A stretch of 64,000 nucleotides of DNA from contig JANWXW010000147.1 in assembly GCA_025057315.1 (NCBI GenBank), forward strand, positions 12,420-76,419. The letters run 5' to 3'. Position numbers and translations under genes: made by a program. This document shows, one piece after another, positions 57,891-64,000 of the stretch. The notes under the pieces were generated by a model. That model was given only the letters and a program-made list of their open reading frames with translations, was not told the origin of the DNA and searched no databases. How positions within the stretch are numbered: position 1 is the first letter of the stretch; each line of letters starts with the position of its first letter. The DNA is from Myxococcota bacterium. GTDB taxonomy: Bacteria; Myxococcota_A; Polyangia; Palsa-1104; JAEUJZ01.

Positions 57891-60800
57891 GGCCCACCAC
57901 CAGCTCCTGCGCCACCGCCGCATCCACCTCGGTGCAGAAGCGCCGGAATGCCTCGTAGTCGGCCCTGGCGATGCGATGGCGCTCGACCTGCAGGTCAGCG
58001 GTGATGACCACCTCGATGCCCTGCCTGCTGCGCTGGCTCGCCACCTCCAGCCAGAAGCGACCAAAGGGCGACTCCAGCCGCTGTGCCACGGGCAGACGCT
58101 TGGGCTGCAGGCCCGGTGGCAGCTGGAGCTTGACCACCTCGATGCTCCGCCACGGAAAGCCCAAAATCAGGTCATGGCTCCGGCGCGACAGGCGGGCGAA
58201 GTTACGCAGTAGCTCCGGGTCTCGGCCCAGGGGCCGCAGCACCAGCTCAGGGCGCCGGTTCGGATCCATAGGGCTGGGCTGCCCCCAGCTTGGTGCGTGG
58301 ACCATCCCTCGCAGCACCACCGGGCGCTCCAGGTCCTCCACGCCGGACAAGCTGACCCGCCTAACCTGTACGCTGGGAAAGTGCTCATTCCATGCCTTCT
58401 CGTAGCGCTCTGCCCGCTCCGCCTCCACCTCGTAATGCTCCCGCCACCGCTGCGCCTCCTGCCCGGCCACCTGCGTCGTCTCAGACACCTCTGCACTGCC
58501 GTCCGGGTGGAGCGCCACGTGCAGTTCCCTCCGCACGACGTTGCGGGCGGCCGGCAGCACCGGAGTTCGGGCCAGGTGGCCCCGTCCGTTCCAGGGCGGC
58601 CGTGGGTCCGACAAGATGAGCACAACAATGTCTTGGTCCTGCTCGGGAAGCTCCTCCGAGCCTGAGAACTCGGCCGTGCCGTCCAAGTACAGTTCCAGCG
58701 CAGGGACAAACACCAGAGCATGGTCGAAGGCGGCCAGCGAGGCCGGTGCCGGCTCGATGTCGCCAGCGCGCCGCGTCCGGGCCAGCACCAGCGAGCTGTC
58801 GATGCCCACCTCACGCAGCATTACCTTGAGCAGCACCGCCTTGTCTTTGCAGTCGCCAAACTTCCGGGCAAACACCTGCGTAGCCTTGTAGGGCTTGTAT
58901 CCGTGGATGCCGAACTCCAGGCCCACATAGCGGGTCTTGCGGACCACCAAGTTGTAGATCGCGCGGACCTTGGCTCGGGCGTCTCGCAACCCGGCCACGG
59001 CAGCCCTGGCGGCAGCTGCGATCTCAGGGCTGCTGCGGAGCTGCTCCTCGACGAGCCCCAAGTACCAGCGGGCGAGGTCCTCCCAGCTCCGCCAGGTCGA
59101 GACGTGCACGAACGAGGCAACCTCTGTGGGGCCGGGCATGTCAGGCTCGTTCTCGATGCGCGGCACACCCCGGGCGCGGAAGCAGTACTCGCGCTCCTTG
59201 CCACCGGCCAGGAGGCGCTCGCTGCGCTCGACGGTCCAGCCCGGCCCCGAACGCGGCGTGTTAAAGTAAAGAGGTCGGCGCTTCACGCTCGGCTCGGACA
59301 CCAGCACCACGTACCGGCTGTCCAGGCGCGGCACCTCCTCTTGCAGCAGGTGAAGGTCGCCAAAGTAGTCTGCCAGCAGGTTGCGCCGGCCGATGTCGGC
59401 GACCACGTACTCGATGTCGATCACGTCGCCGGGCTGCAGGCCAGCAAAGTGCAGAGTCAGGGCGCGCACGTCATAGTAGAGCCGATACCAGGGCTCCGAG
59501 GCGTCTTGCTCCTCCTGCTGCGCCGTCTGCTGCACTTGGCCGTCGGCCTTGTACACCTTGGCTGCCTTGACCTGCACCGACTGGGTCTCTGGAGTGTAGC
59601 GGATCTCGTAGCTGGCGTACTCGCGGGCACCCTGCTCGTCCAGAATTTGCACCACGCGCTGGGTGAAGACCTCCGAGAGGCCGTTGTCATGCACCCGGGT
59701 CACCCTCTGGTCGAGAAGGACCCGCGCCGGGTCCCCTGTGGGGGTGTTTGCTGCTGCCTCGCGAATGAGTCGCCGTACGTCCTCGCGGTAGGCCTGCACC
59801 AGGTCCTCTCCCTGCCGGGCCGCGGGCACAAGGTGGGCCAGGTAGGTGCGCAGCTCGGGGTTTTGCGGGCGCAGCTCCAGCGAGCGCTGCAGCGATGCCA
59901 GGGCCTCCTCGGTGCGACCGAGTCGGCGCAGCAGACGCGCCCGCAGCTCGTGCAGCTCTGGCTCACCAGGGAGGGCCTCCAGAAGGGCGTCCAGCTCGGC
60001 CAACGCCTTGGCCAGCCGGCCAGCCCCCTCTAGGAGCTCGACCCGCTGCTGATGGGCCCAGAGGAGCTCAGGCCAGCGCTGCAGGATGCGCTCCAGCCAC
60101 CCCAGTGCTCCGTCGGTGTCGCCGCGGCTGAGGCTGCGATCCAGCAGCTGCCGGTGCGCCTCCAGATCGTCCGGCTCCAGCTCCATCAGCCGCAGATATC
60201 CTTGCTCCACCTCTTGCATCCGCCCCCGCTGCATGGCCAGCGCCAGGCGTGCCCGCAGCAGCCGCAGCGACCGACCAGGCAACTCGGCCAGCATCCGCTC
60301 CGCCGCGGCGGGCAGGCCCCGATCGGCTTGCAGCTGCGCGAGCTGGATGACCGCTGGATGCAAACTAGGATCCAGCTGCACCGCCTCGCGATAGGCCTGC
60401 TCCGCCAGCCCTTCGCGCTGGGCACTTTCATAGACCTGTCCGAGGGCCAGAAACAGCCGCGCCCACTCTTCAGCGGAGCCACCCGGCAGCGTACGAGCCC
60501 CCTCTAGCACCCATCGGCGATAGTCTAAATCCGCATTGGCCATCGCCAGCAGCCACGCCCCCTCCAGCGTCGGGTCCAACCGCTGCGCCTCGGCAAGCAA
60601 AGCCTCGTGCTGCCGATCCGACTCGTCTTGCGGCATTATATAGAGAAGATAAATTCCCAAATCTCGCAACGCCTGTGACCGCTCTGCATGGGGTGCAGCC
60701 CCAAGTGCGGCGCGCAGCTGGTGCAGCAGGCTCGAGGGACGCACGCGGGCGGGCAGGGCCCGGGGGATGCGCCAGCCCACCTGCGGGGGGCGCTCTGAGA

Positions 60801-61638
60801 AGATCAGACCAGGCATGGGCCTGCCGTCAGGGGTCGTGAGGCGCAGCAGGAACGACAGCGGGCCCTCCCCGCTGGAGATCTTGACCAGGATGCGGTTCCA
60901 GCCCGGAAGCAACGTCGCGCCGCCTACGTCCTGATCGATGCGCAGCGGGCGGTAGACATCGTGGTCGATGACCGGCGGGCCGCGATTTACCCACACCTTG
61001 ATCGGACCGGCCGAGCCGACGCGGACGGCCACGGCGGCCGGTTGCGAGCGATCGCTGCGCACGTAGCAGGCGGCATAGGCCGTGACCCAGCTGTTGGGAC
61101 GGAAGGCGTTGTCGAGCAGAATTCGGCCATCGCGGGCCAGCGCGATCCGGGGCACAGGCCGCCAGGTCGGGGGCAGGACCCGGTTGCGTCCCTCATACGT
61201 GACCCCTGCGCCTGGGATGGCTTCCTCCTGTTCCGGTGGGTAGACCGTGCTGTGGCCGCGCCGGCCCTCGTTGTCGAAGGGACCTATGATCTCGCAGGCC
61301 TGGACCAGGCCCAAGGTGGCGTCAGATGCCGTGCGGGCATCGGGTCCGGCGGGGCGCCATTGCCATAGCAGCGCGTGGGCATAAGCACGCACATCTGGGG
61401 ACAACCTGGGGTTGTCTGCCGCCGCCGCGACCATCTTCCAAAGGGCCTCCCTGTCGTCGACCAGCTCCCATAGTTCCGACAGCCCCAGCAGCGGCACCAG
61501 CCCGGCCGCAGCGTGCGGACGGGAGGTGGCCAGGTGATGCAGGCGCGCCGCTCGGGCTGCCACCTCTCGATCATAGGCAGAGGCACTCGCGGCCACCGGG
61601 ACGAGCAAGGCCAGCAGGGCCAGGGCACGGCGGGGCAT
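57883..61638 (-). CDS. giant TPR-repeat secreted protein with DUF3857-like, transglutaminase-like (intact Cys, KFGDCKDKAVLL) and DUF3858-like domains
   Basis: Start ATG 61638 (MPRRALALLALLVPVAASASA, a signal peptide). Multiple TPR repeats. Transglutaminase-like core with Cys in GDCKDKA. Confidence 0.7.
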   Translation of the reverse strand: MPRRALALLALLVPVAASASAYDREVAARAARLHHLATSRPHAAAGLVPLLGLSELWELVDDREALWKMVAAAADNPRLSPDVRAYAHALLWQWRPAGPDARTASDATLGLVQACEIIGPFDNEGRRGHSTVYPPEQEEAIPGAGVTYEGRNRVLPPTWRPVPRIALARDGRILLDNAFRPNSWVTAYAACYVRSDRSQPAAVAVRVGSAGPIKVWVNRGPPVIDHDVYRPLRIDQDVGGATLLPGWNRILVKISSGEGPLSFLLRLTTPDGRPMPGLIFSERPPQVGWRIPRALPARVRPSSLLHQLRAALGAAPHAERSQALRDLGIYLLYIMPQDESDRQHEALLAEAQRLDPTLEGAWLLAMANADLDYRRWVLEGARTLPGGSAEEWARLFLALGQVYESAQREGLAEQAYREAVQLDPSLHPAVIQLAQLQADRGLPAAAERMLAELPGRSLRLLRARLALAMQRGRMQEVEQGYLRLMELEPDDLEAHRQLLDRSLSRGDTDGALGWLERILQRWPELLWAHQQRVELLEGAGRLAKALAELDALLEALPGEPELHELRARLLRRLGRTEEALASLQRSLELRPQNPELRTYLAHLVPAARQGEDLVQAYREDVRRLIREAAANTPTGDPARVLLDQRVTRVHDNGLSEVFTQRVVQILDEQGAREYASYEIRYTPETQSVQVKAAKVYKADGQVQQTAQQEEQDASEPWYRLYYDVRALTLHFAGLQPGDVIDIEYVVADIGRRNLLADYFGDLHLLQEEVPRLDSRYVVLVSEPSVKRRPLYFNTPRSGPGWTVERSERLLAGGKEREYCFRARGVPRIENEPDMPGPTEVASFVHVSTWRSWEDLARWYLGLVEEQLRSSPEIAAAARAAVAGLRDARAKVRAIYNLVVRKTRYVGLEFGIHGYKPYKATQVFARKFGDCKDKAVLLKVMLREVGIDSSLVLARTRRAGDIEPAPASLAAFDHALVFVPALELYLDGTAEFSGSEELPEQDQDIVVLILSDPRPPWNGRGHLARTPVLPAARNVVRRELHVALHPDGSAEVSETTQVAGQEAQRWREHYEVEAERAERYEKAWNEHFPSVQVRRVSLSGVEDLERPVVLRGMVHAPSWGQPSPMDPNRRPELVLRPLGRDPELLRNFARLSRRSHDLILGFPWRSIEVVKLQLPPGLQPKRLPVAQRLESPFGRFWLEVASQRSRQGIEVVITADLQVERHRIARADYEAFRRFCTEVDAAVAQELVVGHE

Positions 61639-61748
61639 AGATGGTGCAGAATAGCGGCAAAGCGCTGCGCCGTCGATGGCTCTAGGGCAAAGAGCCGGTG
61701 GACATGCAAGCCATGCCAGCGGACCGAAGCGGGACAGCAGCGGCTCCC

Positions 61749-64000
61749 TTACGCGCAGCAACGAACGCCGCTCAGAGGGCTCCGTCCCGTGGGAGGGACC
61801 TTGAGCCGAACTGAACATCGCCCATCGGTCTCGCCCTGAGCGGAGCCGCCGCGCAGGCTGCCGGCCTGGGTCCACTCGGAGACGTTGCCAGACATGTCGA
61901 CGGCCCCGGAAGCGGACGTACAGCCAGGACGCGCGCCCGCGGGTAGGAGGACCCCTCCGCGGATGTTACAGATGGCCTCGCGGACGTCGTGGCCGTAGGG
62001 GTAACTGGCGCGGCCCTTACCACGGCAGGCCAGCTCCCACTCGGCATCGGTGCACAGGCGGCGGCCCAGCTTCTGGCAGTGGGCCTCTGCTTCCTTGTGG
62101 CTGAGCCCGGCCAGCGGCCGCTGACCTGCCCCTGGCTGCTCGTAGCGATCGATGCAGAAGGGCTTCGGCCCGGCAACCGCTACCATCCCCTCTGGGCAGC
62201 TGCTCGGAGGGGATGGTGCCGCAGCAACAGGGGCTGGCTGGTGCGAGGGGGCCGGCGTCGGCACAGCAGGGGGGGCAGGGGGCGCATCCGAACGAGAGGC
62301 CGGACTCGAGACGGGGGCTCCAGAGGGGCCGGCAGCCTGGCGAACGGGCGGTCCCTTCAGTAGGGTGACCACCAGGGTCGCACCGAGTGCTCCCACCAGG
62401 GTGGCGATGAGGAAGGCGGCGATGACCACGCGCCGTTGCTGCCGGATGGCCGCCTGCTGGGCCAGCGCCGCCCCTGCCGGGCCGGGGAGGCGGCTGGGCC
62501 TTGCGGGCTCCTGTCCAGCCCGGCGTGGGGGAGCCTCCGGAGTCGGCCGGGCTGCCTCCGCAGCGGGGGGATGTCCGCCAGGCCGGGCCTTGGCATCAGG
62601 CGGGGAAGGGCTGCTGGACCATGCATCCACGGCAGCCTCGCGCTGCCTCGTCGGCGGTGGGGTGTACAGGCCCGTGGCCGCCTCCTCATCATCATTGCGG
62701 TCATTGGGGTCGGGGCCTGGCCGTTGCGAACGTTCCTCCACTGCGGGCATCAGCGGGGGCAACTCGCGGAACGCCAGCACCGGCGCGACCTCCGGATGGG
62801 CTGGCTCGCTCGGGCTGGCCTCCCCGATGAGATCCACCGGTGGGGGGGCCTTCAGGGTGGGCTGGGCGTCGACCATCGTCTCGTCGGACGACAGCCGCGG
62901 CATGGCTGTGCTCGACAGCTCCTCGGGGTCCAGCCGGCTCTGGTCGATCGTAGAGTCGAGGACCTCGGTGCCCTCGCGCGGGGGCACGGCCGGAAGGGGA
63001 GGGGGGCCCACCTGGGCCCCCTCGATGCGCCCAACCGGTATGGTGTGTTGCTCACCGATGTCACTGGGCTCGTCCCGGACGGGCTGCTGCGAGGGCAGCT
63101 TCTCATCGGCTCGCCGGGCTGGCCGGCTGGCCTGCTGCCGGTTGTCTTCTTGCAGTGCCCTGGGCGGCGACGAGGACCGAGGACCCCGAGGCGGCACCGA
63201 GATGCGTGCCGACGGAGAGGAGACCAGCGGCGTCAGCACCACCCCTGCCGGCTCGACGCCCTGGCCTGGCTCCTGAGGGGGGCGGCTCAGTTCCTCCACC
63301 GGCAAACGTCCGGCGGCCACTGCCAGGGCCACTGGCGTGGGGGAGTGACGGCGACGCACCGGCGCGCCCGTCAGAGCCACCGCTTCCACGTCCGCCACCA
63401 GCCCCTCCACCGAGGGGAAGCGCTGCTGGGGATCCGGCTCCAGGGCGCGTTCCAGAACGGACACCAGCGCCGCCTTGTCCTGCTGGAACGACTCCCAGGC
63501 GGCCTCCTCACCCAAGGTCAGCAGGTACCGATACAGCGCAGCGAGGCTGTATACATCCGAACGGGCATCGGGTGGGCGGCCGGTGCGCACCTCGGGGGCC
63601 AGCAGGTGCAGCTCCCCGGCCTTCTGCACGGAGTCCAGGTAGGGCCCGCGCGGCAGGGCGCGTCCCAGGCCCACATCCCACAGCTTGACCCCCTCTGGCC
63701 GCAGCAGGATCGACTCCAGACGCAGGTCGCCGTGGCACAGCAGCTGCCCGTGGATGTAGCTGAGCGCCGAGGCCAGCTGCACACCGATGCGCCGCACCTC
63801 CTCCAATGCAAACGGCTCCCCCTGGGCACGGCGCAGGGCGACCCGGTGGCTGAGCAGCTGTTCCGGGCTTGTGCCTGGGTGCAGCGGTTCCACCAGCACC
63901 ACCTCGGTGCGTCCATCCGGCACGAAGACCTCGGTGGGACGAATCACGCCCGGGTGCTGCAGGATGCGAACCCGCGTCAGCTCTCGCAGCACGTAGGCTC
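61749..64000 (-). CDS. Ser/Thr protein kinase (partial; N-terminus beyond window) with Pro-rich linker, TM helix and C-terminal FGE-sulfatase (SUMF1/EgtB-like) domain
   Basis: Kinase catalytic loop HGDLRLESILL, then DVGLG and APE regions. TM VVIAAFLIATLVGALGATLVV. The C-terminal DMSGNVSEWT is characteristic of the FGE family. Confidence 0.75.
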   Translation of the reverse strand, partial: AYVLRELTRVRILQHPGVIRPTEVFVPDGRTEVVLVEPLHPGTSPEQLLSHRVALRRAQGEPFALEEVRRIGVQLASALSYIHGQLLCHGDLRLESILLRPEGVKLWDVGLGRALPRGPYLDSVQKAGELHLLAPEVRTGRPPDARSDVYSLAALYRYLLTLGEEAAWESFQQDKAALVSVLERALEPDPQQRFPSVEGLVADVEAVALTGAPVRRRHSPTPVALAVAAGRLPVEELSRPPQEPGQGVEPAGVVLTPLVSSPSARISVPPRGPRSSSPPRALQEDNRQQASRPARRADEKLPSQQPVRDEPSDIGEQHTIPVGRIEGAQVGPPPLPAVPPREGTEVLDSTIDQSRLDPEELSSTAMPRLSSDETMVDAQPTLKAPPPVDLIGEASPSEPAHPEVAPVLAFRELPPLMPAVEERSQRPGPDPNDRNDDEEAATGLYTPPPTRQREAAVDAWSSSPSPPDAKARPGGHPPAAEAARPTPEAPPRRAGQEPARPSRLPGPAGAALAQQAAIRQQRRVVIAAFLIATLVGALGATLVVTLLKGPPVRQAAGPSGAPVSSPASRSDAPPAPPAVPTPAPSHQPAPVAAAPSPPSSCPEGMVAVAGPKPFCIDRYEQPGAGQRPLAGLSHKEAEAHCQKLGRRLCTDAEWELACRGKGRASYPYGHDVREAICNIRGGVLLPAGARPGCTSASGAVDMSGNVSEWTQAGSLRGGSAQGETDGRCSVRLKVPPTGRSPLSGVRCCA

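Overview
The window is a very high-GC (~70%) chromosomal segment. The protein content suggests a myxobacterium (Myxococcota): a MYXO-CTERM-like tail, Cys-rich repeats, a thrombospondin-type-3/OmpA protein, a Ser/Thr kinase fused to an FGE-sulfatase domain, PilZ/HDOD proteins and a roadblock/LC7 protein. I call about 47 protein-coding genes. I see no rRNA, tRNA, CRISPR or obvious mobile element.

Recognisable housekeeping blocks:
- tilS (partial, at the 5' edge)
- serA
- smr
- hrcA-grpE-dnaK-dnaJ
- a CusCBA-type heavy-metal RND efflux operon

Accessory-looking blocks:
1. A minus-strand operon-like run: GT-C membrane glycosyltransferase, a GspE/PilB-like ATPase with a degenerate Walker A, an XPB/ERCC3-like helicase, a DUF790/Bax1-like nuclease and a PhoD phosphodiesterase.
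2. A large glycoconjugate/lipid-modification and export neighbourhood. It contains a carbamoyltransferase cassette (GT1, SxtJ-like, NodU/CmcH carbamoyltransferase, DUF5989, SGNH hydrolase). It also contains a trio resembling hopanoid-associated HpnH/HpnL/HpnN (radical SAM, UPF0104 flippase-like, MMPL/RND), two divergent DUF2029/GT-C membrane glycosyltransferases, a tandem SRPBCC protein and a NodB deacetylase.
3. A 970-aa ORF that reads like an in-frame fusion of a PA14/Cys-repeat/MYXO-CTERM protein with a TSP3-OmpA outer-membrane protein.
4. A lipoprotein with a peptidylglycine-monooxygenase-like copper site pattern.
5. Two tandem giant TPR/DUF3857/transglutaminase-like lipoproteins, one of which has lost the catalytic Cys.

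Many long ORFs on the opposite strand (Arg/Pro/Ala/Gly-rich) are GC-driven shadows and are not called.
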